The notes beneath the pieces were generated by a model, which did no database searches, was not told where the DNA came from, and worked only from the letters and a program-made list of their open reading frames with translations. A stretch of DNA of 64,000 nt from Ruminiclostridium sp. (lineage in GTDB: Bacteria; Bacillota; Clostridia; Oscillospirales; Ruminococcaceae), in assembly GCA_051882315.1 (NCBI GenBank), contig JBJERM010000122.1, positions 2,501-66,500 of the forward strand. The letters run 5' to 3'. Shown here in pieces: positions 48,362-58,146 of this stretch (position 1 is the stretch's first letter; each line of letters starts with the position of its first letter). The position numbers and the translations under genes are program-made.

Positions 48362-49819
48362 ATGGAATTTGAAAAATATGACGTAATAATAGTAGGCTCG
48401 GGGGTTTCGGGGCTGTACGCCGCCCTTAACCTTAATCTGAACCTTAAAATCCTTATGCTGTCCAAAAAGGAGCTTACTCTATGCAATTCCGCTCTTGCAC
48501 AGGGCGGCGTTGCGGCGGTTATGGACAAAAAGGACGACAACTTCGACCTGCACATAAAGGATACTCTTATTGCAGGCGGCTACAAGAACGATATGGATAA
48601 CCTTAAAATTCTTGTGGAGCAGGGTCCCACGGACGTCAAGAACCTGCTGAAATACGGGGTTGAGTTCGACAGAAAGCCGGACGGCTCAATCGACCTTACC
48701 TTAGAGGGAGGACACTGCCGCCACCGGATTGCACACCACAAGGACAGCACCGGCTATGAGATTGTAACCAGCCTTATCGACAGCGTAAAGAAGCTTGAAA
48801 ACGTGGATATTCTCGAAAACAGCCACCTTGTGGGACTGCAAAAAGAGGGAGATAATTTTTACGCCAACGTTTTTCATGATAACAAGTACTACTATTATAC
48901 AACAAAAGCTATCATTCTTGCAACAGGCGGAATAGGAAGAATTTACGATTTTACAACAAATTCGGCAATTGCAACAGGCGACGGCATACAATTCGCCTAT
49001 AATCTTGGCGCTGAAATCAAACATTTAAGCTATATCCAGTTCCACCCCACCGCATTTGCAGACCGCAAGAACAGGGAGTGCTTCTTGGTTTCTGAGGCAG
49101 TACGAGGAGAGGGCGCCTATCTGCTTAACGGCAATAAGGAGCGGTTTATGCAGAAGTACGAGCCGGAGAGAAAGGAGCTTGCTCCCCGTGACGTGGTTTC
49201 AAAGTGCATGATGCAGGAGCAGAAGGCGATAGGCAGCGACGAGTTTTTCCTTGATATTTCTTATAAGGACAGCGATTTTATAAAGAACCGCTTCCCTATG
49301 ATTTACAGCCGCGTGCTTGAAAAGGGCTACGATATGACAAAGGAGCCTATCCCGATTTATCCCTGTCAGCACTATTTAATGGGAGGTATAGCGGTAAACG
49401 GACACGGTGCTTCCACCGTAAAGGGACTTTACGCCGCAGGCGAATGTGCCCATACGGGAGTTCACGGTATAAACCGCCTTGCAAGCAACTCTTTGCTTGA
49501 AGCCCTTGTTTTCTCACGTCTTATTGCGGAAAATATCAATGAAACAACTGCTCCCGTACAGGACTATTCTCCCGTAGAACACGCTTTCAGAGCCCCCGAG
49601 GGCGAGCCGCTTCCCACGGGACTTCGCACAGAAATACGTCACATAATGCAGAAAGCGTATTTCGTTGTTCCGGATATTGAGGAGGCAAAGCGGTCGATAG
49701 GCAGAGTAAGGGAAATTAAGGAACAGCTTGAAAAGGGGAATTATGCTCTTACTCCCGACTATGTTGAGGCGCTTTCGATTGCTACTTGCGCTTATATTGT
49801 GCTGAGTGAGATAATATAA
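48362..49819 (+). CDS. nadB: L-aspartate oxidase
   Basis: GSGVSG, AQGG, LEGGHC, QFHPT, SEAVRGEG, HYLMGG, NRLASNSLLE. Confidence 0.95.
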   Translation: MEFEKYDVIIVGSGVSGLYAALNLNLNLKILMLSKKELTLCNSALAQGGVAAVMDKKDDNFDLHIKDTLIAGGYKNDMDNLKILVEQGPTDVKNLLKYGVEFDRKPDGSIDLTLEGGHCRHRIAHHKDSTGYEIVTSLIDSVKKLENVDILENSHLVGLQKEGDNFYANVFHDNKYYYYTTKAIILATGGIGRIYDFTTNSAIATGDGIQFAYNLGAEIKHLSYIQFHPTAFADRKNRECFLVSEAVRGEGAYLLNGNKERFMQKYEPERKELAPRDVVSKCMMQEQKAIGSDEFFLDISYKDSDFIKNRFPMIYSRVLEKGYDMTKEPIPIYPCQHYLMGGIAVNGHGASTVKGLYAAGECAHTGVHGINRLASNSLLEALVFSRLIAENINETTAPVQDYSPVEHAFRAPEGEPLPTGLRTEIRHIMQKAYFVVPDIEEAKRSIGRVREIKEQLEKGNYALTPDYVEALSIATCAYIVLSEII

Positions 49820-49855
49820 CTGCCGGACTAAAAGGAAAGGAACAAGGGAAAACAA

Positions 49856-50695
49856 ATGAAATTACTTCAATTCTACGTTGACGACATTATAAAAACCGCC
49901 CTTAACGAGGACATAAACTATATCGACAGCACAACAGACCTGCTTATTGACCCGGAGGACCGCTCCGAAGCCTATTTTATTGCAAAGGCAACAGGCGTTA
50001 TTGCAGGACTTGATGTTGCGCTGAGGGTTTTTGAGCTGCTTGACGATACGGTTAAAATTACCCGCCATTTCAGGGACGGTGACGCAGTAAACAAAGGTGA
50101 TATAATCGCAGAATTCAGCGGAAAAACCGCAGCCCTGCTCAAAGGTGAAAGAACCGCCCTTAACCTGCTCCAGCACATGAGCGGAATTGCAACCTATACT
50201 AATAAGTGTGTAGGTCTTGTAAGCGGCACTAACGCCTCTGTCTGCGATACGAGAAAAACCCTCCCGGGACTGAGAGCGCTTCAGAAATACTCCGTTGTAA
50301 TGGGCGGAGGAAAGAACCACCGCTATAATCTTTCGGACGCAGCAATGCTTAAGGATAATCACATTGACGCCTACGGAGGAATTACAGCCGCAGTAAATGC
50401 ACTCAGAAAAAAAGCGGGTCACATGCTTAAAATTGAGGTTGAAACGAGAAGCTTTGAGGAGCTGAATGAAGCCCTTGCAGTTGGCGCAGACGTTATAATG
50501 CTGGACAATATGAGCTGCGAGGATATGAAAAAGGCGGTTGAAATTACAGCGGGACGGGCAAAGCTTGAAGCAAGCGGAAACGTTACTCTTGAAAACATAC
50601 GGGAAGTTGCACAAACCGGCGTTGATATAATAAGCCTCGGCGCTCTTACCCACAGCGTAACCGCCTTTGATATTTCAATGAAATGGAAGAAGTAA
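49856..50695 (+). CDS. nadC: Quinolinate phosphoribosyltransferase
   Basis: DTRKTLPG, NHRYNL, LKDNH, IEVET, MLDNM, EASGN. Confidence 0.97.
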   Translation: MKLLQFYVDDIIKTALNEDINYIDSTTDLLIDPEDRSEAYFIAKATGVIAGLDVALRVFELLDDTVKITRHFRDGDAVNKGDIIAEFSGKTAALLKGERTALNLLQHMSGIATYTNKCVGLVSGTNASVCDTRKTLPGLRALQKYSVVMGGGKNHRYNLSDAAMLKDNHIDAYGGITAAVNALRKKAGHMLKIEVETRSFEELNEALAVGADVIMLDNMSCEDMKKAVEITAGRAKLEASGNVTLENIREVAQTGVDIISLGALTHSVTAFDISMKWKK

Positions 50696-50696
50696 T

Positions 50697-51446
50697 ATGC
50701 GCAGGATTTTAGGCTATGTAAGAAAGGCTTGCGAGGAGTTCGATATGATACAGGACGGCGACAGGATTGCCGTTGGTATCTCGGGAGGCAAGGACAGCCT
50801 TGTGCTGCTTAACGCTCTTGCCGCCTACCGCCGATTTGCGGGAAAAAGCTATGAGCTTATGGGTATTACCCTTGACTTATGCTTCGGCGGTCAGCAGACG
50901 GATTACAGCGCAGTTGCCGAAATGTGCAGGAATCTTGGCATTGAGTACAAGATTCTAAGAACCGATATAGGGCCTGTTATTTTCGATATACGAAAGGAAA
51001 GCAACCCCTGCGCTTTATGTGCAAAAATGCGGCGTGGGGCTTTGCATGACGCTGCGATTGAAAGCGGCTGCAACAAAATAGCTCTCGGACACCATAACGA
51101 CGATGTTATTGAAACCTTTATAATGAACCTTTTCAAGGAGGGCAGAATCGGCTGCTTCGCGCCTGTAACCTACCTGGCCAAGAAGAATATTACTATGATA
51201 CGACCCCTCGTTTTGGCACCCGAGGCTAAGGTTATAAACTGCTGCAACAGGAACGGCTTCCCCGTCTGCAAGTCAAGATGCCCCGCCGACAAGAAAACCA
51301 CCCGACAGACCACAAAGGAGTGGCTTTACTCTATGGAAAAGCAGGACAAGGGTTTTAAAGTCCGTATGTTTGGCGCATTAAGACGAAGCGGGGTAGACGG
51401 CTGGGGCTTTAAGGATAAGAAAGGCGGTGCCGATTCTGAAGCTTGA
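50697..51446 (+). CDS. ttcA: TtcA-family PP-loop tRNA thiolation protein
   Basis: SGGKDS PP-loop, CALC..MRRG, GHHNDD, IRPL. Confidence 0.85.
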   Translation: MRRILGYVRKACEEFDMIQDGDRIAVGISGGKDSLVLLNALAAYRRFAGKSYELMGITLDLCFGGQQTDYSAVAEMCRNLGIEYKILRTDIGPVIFDIRKESNPCALCAKMRRGALHDAAIESGCNKIALGHHNDDVIETFIMNLFKEGRIGCFAPVTYLAKKNITMIRPLVLAPEAKVINCCNRNGFPVCKSRCPADKKTTRQTTKEWLYSMEKQDKGFKVRMFGALRRSGVDGWGFKDKKGGADSEA

Positions 51447-52722
51447 AATACCGGAACAGGTAACGGAAATTCTGGAGCTTTTAAAGGCTCATACATATAC
51501 GCCCTATCTTGTGGGCGACTGCGTAAATTCCCTTATTCTCGGTGAGAGGACAATGGATTTCGATATTGCCTGCAACGCTTCTGTGGATAGGATAATCGCA
51601 ATTTTTGAGGACAAGTACAAAATCGTTGAAGACCAGCTGTACAGGGGCGAACTTATCATAATTACGGGGGGAATGGGCATTTCGGTAGCGCCCTTTCGCT
51701 CACGCTTTGACAGAAACGGAAAGCCTGTTTACTGCAATACAATAGACGAAGATTTGCGCAGACGGTGCTTTTCGGTAAATGCAATTGCTTACACCCCCGA
51801 CCGGGGGCTTTACGACCCATTTGGCGGCTCGGAGTGCCTTGAAAGAGACATGGTTATACTAAGGGCGATTGAGGAAAGACGTTTCTGCGAGGCGCAGCAG
51901 CTGCCTGCAAGCAAAAAATCAAAAAAAGCCCCCGAAAAGGCGGTTATTCCCGTTATAAGGGAAAATCCCCGCTGTATTTTAGAGGCTATGCTGAAATATT
52001 CACGGGGCGAGGCGGAGATAAGTCCCACAACTCTTGAAAATATGTGCGAAAATCCGGAGCTTCTGGATTCTATTAGTAATCCGGAGGTTATGTCCTCTTT
52101 TCGTGATATAATTATGGGCAAGCGGGTGACGGAAACGCTGATGCTGTTCAGCGGCGTTCTGTTTTACCTTTTTCCTATGCTTCGGGAGCAGGAAAACTAC
52201 GACCAGCGCAGCAGATACCAGGAATACACCCTTTTTGAGCATACCGCAAGGGCGGTGGGCTACGCCGTTCCGGATATAACCCTGCGGCTGGCGTTGCTGT
52301 TTCACGGGGCGGGGAAGGTGGACTGCGCCGCAGACAGGGGCGCCTATACCTCCTACGACGGACACGGGGAAAGAGGGGCTATGCTCCTGCGGGGAGCGCT
52401 GTCCGATTACGGCGTTGAGGCGGCTCTTACCGAAAAGGCGGAGTTTTTGATACTGCACCACGACGACAGGATAACTCCCGAAAACAAGGGGGATTTTGTG
52501 AAGAAGTACGGGGCGGAAAATACCAGACTTTTGCTTTTGTTTCAGTCCGCAAACCAACGTGCGAAAAGCTCCGAGCAGCTTAACGAGCGGGTTTCCGCTT
52601 CGCTGAGACAGCTGGCGGAGGAGACCGTGGCTAAGCCTGCTGAGAGGGCTAAGAGGAATAATACGGTGACTCTGGCGGGGCTTAAGAGTATATCGAAAAT
52701 GCTGGAGTATAAGAGAGGGTAA
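51427..52722 (+). CDS. CCA-adding enzyme/poly(A) polymerase-family homolog with degenerate motifs
   Basis: YLVGDCV, DFD, EDLRRRCFSVNAIA, DPFGG, downstream HD-like region (H...LLFHGAGK); GTG start overlapping ttcA. Confidence 0.75.
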   Translation: MPILKLEIPEQVTEILELLKAHTYTPYLVGDCVNSLILGERTMDFDIACNASVDRIIAIFEDKYKIVEDQLYRGELIIITGGMGISVAPFRSRFDRNGKPVYCNTIDEDLRRRCFSVNAIAYTPDRGLYDPFGGSECLERDMVILRAIEERRFCEAQQLPASKKSKKAPEKAVIPVIRENPRCILEAMLKYSRGEAEISPTTLENMCENPELLDSISNPEVMSSFRDIIMGKRVTETLMLFSGVLFYLFPMLREQENYDQRSRYQEYTLFEHTARAVGYAVPDITLRLALLFHGAGKVDCAADRGAYTSYDGHGERGAMLLRGALSDYGVEAALTEKAEFLILHHDDRITPENKGDFVKKYGAENTRLLLLFQSANQRAKSSEQLNERVSASLRQLAEETVAKPAERAKRNNTVTLAGLKSISKMLEYKRG

Positions 52723-52726
52723 GTAT

Positions 52727-52928
52727 CAGGCTGCTGATAAACCCTGAAAACAGAGTTTATCTTAATGAATAACGAATAAAGAATAACGAAGAATGAATAA
52801 TGGTGGTATCGGCTTCGCCGATTATTCTGAAAAACGTGATAATAAACGCTATTTTAAATCTGTGCCCGTAGAGCACACCGCATTTATTCAATATTCATTT
52901 GCTTATTGAAAAGACTTATTCGACAAAC
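52727..52928. repeat. Dispersed repeat family A, copy A3 (reverse complement of A2)
   Basis: CAGGCTGCTGATAAACCCTG..., GAAT arm, ATCGGC-TTC-GCCGAT, GTGCCCGTAGAGCAC, ATTC arm, GAAAAGACTTATTCGACAA. Confidence 0.88.
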
Positions 52929-52962
52929 AAAAAACCCGGGAGCAATTCCCGGGTTTTTACCG

Positions 52963-53724
52963 TTATGTCCTGTATCTTTCAAGAAACCGCTTTGTTCTCT
53001 CGTTTTCCGAGTTCTCGAAAACCTCTTCCGGCGTTCCGTTTTCGATAATTACTCCCTCGTCCATAAATATTACTCTGTCGGAAATATCGTGGGCAAACGC
53101 CATTTCGTGGGTAACGATAACCATTGTCATCTTTTCCTCAGCAAGGGATTTTATTACCTTTAAAATCTCTCCTGTAAGCTCCGGGTCCAACGCCGAGGTG
53201 GGCTCGTCAAAGAAAAGAATCTCGGGGCTCAGCGCAAGTGCTCTTGCAATGGAAACTCTCTGCTGCTGACCGCCGGAAAGATTGCAGGGATATTCCTTCG
53301 CCTTTCCCTCAAGCCCCATTTTTTTCAGCAGCTTCATTGCGTTTTCCTCCGCCTGCGCCTTGTCCTGCTTTAAAACGTGTATCGGCGCTTCGGTTATGTT
53401 TTTCAGCACCGACATGTGGGGGAAAAGGTTGAAGCTCTGGAAAACAAGACCGATTTTAAGGCGGATTTCCCGCAGGGTTTTCTGGGGAGCATAAACCGGC
53501 TTGCCCTTATCCATTCCGACTATCATATCCATATCGCATATTGTTATAGTACCGCTGTCCGCCCGTTCAAACTGGTTTATACAGCGCAGAAGGGTTGATT
53601 TTCCACTTCCCGAGGGGCCGATTATTGAAAGAACCTGTCCTTTTTTTGCGTTGAATGATATGTCCTTTAAAACCTGAACGCCGTTAAAGCTTTTGGAAAT
53701 GTTCCTGACTTCAAGTATTGCCAC
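52963..53724 (-). CDS. Polar amino-acid ABC transporter ATP-binding protein (GlnQ-like)
   Basis: [33 protein letters not shown]. Confidence 0.95.
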   Translation of the reverse strand: MAILEVRNISKSFNGVQVLKDISFNAKKGQVLSIIGPSGSGKSTLLRCINQFERADSGTITICDMDMIVGMDKGKPVYAPQKTLREIRLKIGLVFQSFNLFPHMSVLKNITEAPIHVLKQDKAQAEENAMKLLKKMGLEGKAKEYPCNLSGGQQQRVSIARALALSPEILFFDEPTSALDPELTGEILKVIKSLAEEKMTMVIVTHEMAFAHDISDRVIFMDEGVIIENGTPEEVFENSENERTKRFLERYRT

Positions 53725-53736
53725 TTCGCAGCCTCC

Positions 53737-54441
53737 TTATCTGTAATAGTCAAGCTTCTTTTCGATAAAGTTAAAGATAAAGGTGAGAACTGTTGCAAAA
53801 ACGAAATAGAAGGCGCCTGCAATAAACAGCGGTACAAGTGAGCTGTACACCTGCATCTGCTGCCTTGCCTTAAGAGTAATTTCTGCGTAGGAAACCACGT
53901 TTGCAAGGGAGGTGTCCTTAACGAGGGTTATTATTTCGTTGGAAGAAGCGGGAACTATCCGTTTTATAACCTGTGGGAGGATTACACGGAAAAAGGTCTG
54001 CCTTTTTGTAAAGCCGAGAGCCGCCGCAGCTTCGTACTGACCTTTCGGTATAGACTCAATTCCACCACGGAAGATTTCCGCAAAATAGGCGGCGTAGTTA
54101 AGGGTAAAGGCTGTAAGCACGGCGTAGAACATATAGTTCTCGTCCCTTATATCGAATAGTCCGAAGAAATTTTCGAGAAAGGGAGGAAGTCCCTCAATCA
54201 TCTTTATATAAGGTACAGCGTAGTACACCGCTATAACCTGTAACATAAGGGGCGTTCCCCTCATTATAAGTATATATAAGTTTGTCAGCCAGGAAATCGG
54301 CTTGAATTTGCACATTTTCAGCATTGCCGTTATCATTCCAAGCGGGATTGCAAACAGCAGCGTTCCCCCGAAAACCTTGAGGGTCGGTATCATATATTCA
54401 AGCAGTATCCCCGTTACCTTTAAAATATCTTCGCCGCTCAT
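53737..54441 (-). CDS. Polar amino-acid ABC transporter permease
   Basis: RGTPLMLQ, AAYFAEIFRGG, EAAAALG, LVKDTSL. Confidence 0.95.
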   Translation of the reverse strand: MSGEDILKVTGILLEYMIPTLKVFGGTLLFAIPLGMITAMLKMCKFKPISWLTNLYILIMRGTPLMLQVIAVYYAVPYIKMIEGLPPFLENFFGLFDIRDENYMFYAVLTAFTLNYAAYFAEIFRGGIESIPKGQYEAAAALGFTKRQTFFRVILPQVIKRIVPASSNEIITLVKDTSLANVVSYAEITLKARQQMQVYSSLVPLFIAGAFYFVFATVLTFIFNFIEKKLDYYR

Positions 54442-54622
54442 AAGCCTTTGCCTTTCGTTTTTCTGCGGTAATATGATGACATATTACTGCGACATTCCTA
54501 TTTTATCAGAAAATTTAAGATAATGCAATAGAAAAGACGAAAAAAACGAGATTTGCATAAAAGCACCCGAAAAACCAAAGGTTTTTCGGGTGCTTGCTGC
54601 TGTTATTCGGATAAAATCTCTA

Positions 54623-55486
54623 TTACTTTACAGTTGTAATATCAGAACCGAACCACTTTGTGGAGATTTCGCCAAGCTTTCCGTCAGCCTTCATTTCGCT
54701 GAGGATTGACTGAACCTTATCACGGAGAGCGCAGTCGTTCTTTCTGAAGCCGATTGCGTATTCCTCCTGCTCGCCGAGAGTTTCGGGGAGGATTCTGTAA
54801 TCCTTGCCGTTTGCTGTAATAAGGTAGTTTGCAACTACGGAGTCAAGGAAAACGCCGTCAACAAGACCAACCTCAAGCTGCTGTAAAGCCTCAACGTTGG
54901 TTGCAATTGCGGTAATTGTCATTGTCTTGCCAAGGTCGGAGTCTTCAAGGATTTCCTGAGCGGTTGAGCCGTTCTGAACAGCAACATTCTTGCCTGTAAG
55001 GTCAGAGGAAGCTTTGAAGTCGGAGCCGTTTGCAACAACGAAAATCATATCGTTCTTCATATAGGGCTCGGAAAGGTTCATAACCTCTGCTCTGGAGGGA
55101 CTTACGCTCATTCCGTTCCAGATGCAGTCAATCTTGCCCACTTCAAGGTCGGTTTCCTTTGTTGCCCAGTCGATAGGCTGCTTTACAAGGGTAACGCCGA
55201 GTCTTGCACATACTTCCTCGGCAACGTCGATATCAAAGCCTACAATCTGGTCGCTTTCGTCGGTGAAGCCCATGGGAACGAAGGTAGCGTCAAGTCCTAA
55301 GATAAGCTGCTTGCTGTCAAGCACCTTCTGTAAAGACTGGTCTGCGCTGCCTGTTTCGGTGGCGCTTTCAGTGTTCTGTCCTGCCGTGGTAGTGGTTTCT
55401 GCATTTCCTGAGCCTGAACAGCCTGCAAATGCGAATGCAGCAAGCGCAGCAAGGGCTGTCATACCTGCAAATAATCTTTTCTTCAT
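54623..55486 (-). CDS. Amino-acid ABC transporter substrate-binding lipoprotein (PBPb)
   Basis: Lipobox FAGC, GFDIDVA, IDW, GKIDCIWNG, YAIGFRK. Confidence 0.93.
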   Translation of the reverse strand: MKKRLFAGMTALAALAAFAFAGCSGSGNAETTTTAGQNTESATETGSADQSLQKVLDSKQLILGLDATFVPMGFTDESDQIVGFDIDVAEEVCARLGVTLVKQPIDWATKETDLEVGKIDCIWNGMSVSPSRAEVMNLSEPYMKNDMIFVVANGSDFKASSDLTGKNVAVQNGSTAQEILEDSDLGKTMTITAIATNVEALQQLEVGLVDGVFLDSVVANYLITANGKDYRILPETLGEQEEYAIGFRKNDCALRDKVQSILSEMKADGKLGEISTKWFGSDITTVK

Positions 55487-55767
55487 AATGTACGTCCTTT
55501 CTTTTGGGGCAGTACTGCCCTTTTGTGTTTTGGCTTGTTAAGTATAGCACGCTTAAAGACCGCTGTAAATAGCGGAATTGCTTTTTCGTAGGATTGCACA
55601 AAACCGCCGCAAAAGAAGGCTCGTTTTTAACGGGGGAATGCAATAATCCTGCGGGAACGGGGGAAAATACTGCCCTAAAAAAATAAAAAAATATTTTTTT
55701 GGCAGGAATTTTAAGGGGCAAATTTAAATATTTCTTATAAAAATAGTACCGAGTTGATTTTTACCCC

Positions 55768-55796
55768 TTGACAACGGGGCGATTTTTGTTTATAAT
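55768..55796 (+). promoter_or_regulatory. Sigma-A promoter of the rpmH operon
   Basis: TTGACA (55768-73), 17 bp, TATAAT (55791-96). Confidence 0.8.
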
Positions 55797-55860
55797 AATA
55801 TGGCTAAGCATAAAGGGAGTACTATGCTCCCATGCAAGAATAAAAACGGAGGTATAAAAA

Positions 55861-55995
55861 ATGAAAAGAACATATCAGCCTAAGAAGCGCCAGAGAATGA
55901 TGGAGCACGGCTTCAGAAAAAGAATGAAGACAGCTAACGGCCGCAAGGTTCTGGCAAGAAGACGCGCAAAGGGTAGAAAGCGCTTAACATACTGA
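55861..55995 (+). CDS. rpmH: 50S ribosomal protein L34 (missed by the ORF track)
   Basis: Manual translation [44 protein letters not shown]; SD GGAGG. Confidence 0.98.
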   Translation: MKRTYQPKKRQRMMEHGFRKRMKTANGRKVLARRRAKGRKRLTY

Positions 55996-56001
55996 TAAAC
56001 C

Positions 56002-56382
56002 ATGGGAGAATTTTCCAAGGGTTTTTACAGTATAAAAAAGGACCGTGAATTCCGCTTTCTGTTTAAAAAAGGCGAAACCTCAGTTAATTACGGTTTCGTC
56101 TGTTATTTTAAGCAGAACAAGCGCCGCAGAAATCGCTGCGGCATTGTAACAAGCAAGAAAATCGGCAAGGCGGTTGTAAGAAACCGCGCAAGGCGGGTTA
56201 TAAGAGAGGCGTTCCGTATCTTCGACCATGACTTAAGAGAGCTTACGGACAAGCGTTATGATTTTATCTTCGTGGCGAGAACAAAAACCGCGTCGCTTAA
56301 ATCGACGCAGGAGCTTGGACTTATGAAGTCAAGGCTCCTGCCTCTTGTTGCACCCCCGCAGAATAACAACGATAAGGGCTGA
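56002..56382 (+). CDS. rnpA: Ribonuclease P protein component
   Basis: [26 protein letters not shown] (RNR motif), DFIFVAR. Confidence 0.96.
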   Translation: MGEFSKGFYSIKKDREFRFLFKKGETSVNYGFVCYFKQNKRRRNRCGIVTSKKIGKAVVRNRARRVIREAFRIFDHDLRELTDKRYDFIFVARTKTASLKSTQELGLMKSRLLPLVAPPQNNNDKG

Positions 56383-56410
56383 CAAGGCCTATGGACAACA
56401 AAGCTGCTTT

Positions 56411-56674
56411 ATGAAATACCTGTTTATCGGATTGATACGCTTGTATCGTATGACATTGTCAAAGCTGAAGCCGCCTTGCTGCCGCTTTTATCCTACATGC
56501 TCGGCTTACGGGATTGAAGCCCTTAAGCGTTTCGGAACAGTAAAGGGCGGCTACCTCACCATTAAGAGGATAGTCCGCTGCAACCCATTCAGCGCCGGCG
56601 GCTATGACCCCGTTCCGGAGGAGTTTCATTTCTTTCACAAGGGAACAGACCGCAGCGGCGAAGATAAAGACTAA
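56411..56674 (+). CDS. yidD: Membrane protein insertion efficiency factor
   Basis: [10 protein letters not shown]...[15 protein letters not shown]. Confidence 0.95.
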   Translation: MKYLFIGLIRLYRMTLSKLKPPCCRFYPTCSAYGIEALKRFGTVKGGYLTIKRIVRCNPFSAGGYDPVPEEFHFFHKGTDRSGEDKD

Positions 56675-56727
56675 ACAAACAGTGCGGAATAACAGAAGGG
56701 TGATTTAAAATTAACTGGTTATATTCA

Positions 56728-58122
56728 TTGATAGGTACGCCCCTTGGATATATTATGTGGGCGTGTTACGCTCTTGTCCAGAACTTCGGCTGGGCTATAA
56801 TTATTTTTACGCTTATTGTAAAGGCGGCAATGTTTCCTCTTAACCTGAAGCAGCAGAAGAATATGGCGGTTTCTGCGCTTTTTACTCCGAAGGTAAGGGA
56901 AATTCAGACCAAGTACAGAAATGACAAGGAAAAGATGCAGGAGGAGCTTACAAAGCTCCAGAAGGAAGGCTACAACCCCACAGGCGGCTGCGGCACCATG
57001 CTTATTACCTTCCTTATCCTTTTCGGAGTTATCGACGTTGTTTACAAGCCTATGACCCACATGGAGCATTTCAACTCCGCAGACATAAGCGCTATTGTAA
57101 CAACGGCGGAAAAAATAGACCTTACCCAGACAATTATGTCAAGTCCCGAGGACTACGCAGTTGTTCTTGAATACCTTAATGGCGGGGATATTTCCTACGT
57201 TGAAACTACCGTAAAGGACGAAAACGGCAAGGACGTCAAGACTAACAACCGTGTTGTTCTCGATAACGATTTCAAAATAGACGAAGTAAAGAAAACCGTA
57301 GAGTTTACTGCCGCTGACCTTGAAAAGCTTGGCGTTATCGCAACGGACAGCACTAAGCTCAGCGCTCTTTACGGAAATACCCGTCTTTCAAATCAGATGA
57401 GAAATGCTCTTTCCTCAATTGATATGAACTATCGTGCGGAGTCCCTTTACCGCGAGCTGCGTGCCCTCAACTGCTATGATAGACTTCCGGATGCGTCTAA
57501 GAGTCTTTTTGAGGCAGAAACAGCGCTGCCAGGGGAAACAATAGACCGCTTTGAAAAGCTCAGCGACAATATCTACTTCCTTGGCATTATTAACCTTGGA
57601 GAGCAGCCCAGCTGGGCATGGAACACCCTTATAATAATTCCTATTATATCCTTCCTGTTCTCTCTGGCTCAGATGTATATTTCCCAGCGCTACAACGAAA
57701 AGCAGAACCCAGAGCTTGCGGCTCAGCAGGGCGCAAGCATGAAGATAATGATGCTTATAATGCCTCTTATCTCCCTATGGATTTCCTTTACCGTTCCTGC
57801 GGGAGCAGGTTTCTACTGGGCAATTTCCTACCTGTTCGGTATCATTCAGCTCGTAATTACGAACAAGTTCTGGCCCGCTGATAAAATCCGTGCGGAAGCA
57901 AAGGCGAAAATGGAAGCTCAGGCTGCAAAAACAGAACGCAAGGCTAAAATAGTTGAGGTTGACGCAGACGGAAACACAGTAGAAAGAACCGACCGCATTT
58001 CACAGCTTACCCAGAAGGAAATAAGAGAGCTTAACAAGAAGAAGCTTGAAGCGGCAAGAAGAGCCGACGCCGAAAAGTACGGCGAGGAGTACAAGGAAGC
58101 GCCTGAGGACGACGATTTCTGA
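56728..58122 (+). CDS. yidC: YidC/Oxa1 membrane protein insertase with large extracytoplasmic insertion
   Basis: FGWAIIIFTLIVK, IQTKY, YNPTGGC, PAGAGFYWAIS. Confidence 0.92.
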   Translation: MIGTPLGYIMWACYALVQNFGWAIIIFTLIVKAAMFPLNLKQQKNMAVSALFTPKVREIQTKYRNDKEKMQEELTKLQKEGYNPTGGCGTMLITFLILFGVIDVVYKPMTHMEHFNSADISAIVTTAEKIDLTQTIMSSPEDYAVVLEYLNGGDISYVETTVKDENGKDVKTNNRVVLDNDFKIDEVKKTVEFTAADLEKLGVIATDSTKLSALYGNTRLSNQMRNALSSIDMNYRAESLYRELRALNCYDRLPDASKSLFEAETALPGETIDRFEKLSDNIYFLGIINLGEQPSWAWNTLIIIPIISFLFSLAQMYISQRYNEKQNPELAAQQGASMKIMMLIMPLISLWISFTVPAGAGFYWAISYLFGIIQLVITNKFWPADKIRAEAKAKMEAQAAKTERKAKIVEVDADGNTVERTDRISQLTQKEIRELNKKKLEAARRADAEKYGEEYKEAPEDDDF

Positions 58123-58146
58123 TTATTATGAAAGGATCTGAAATAT

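Noticed and set aside
55810-55835. Riboswitch or ribosomal leader upstream of rpmH (GGGAG-TACTATG-CTCCC)
   Set aside because: A single short hairpin with no recognisable aptamer; insufficient evidence.
55487-55860. Replication origin upstream of rpmH
   Set aside because: AT-rich, but no DnaA boxes and no dnaA.
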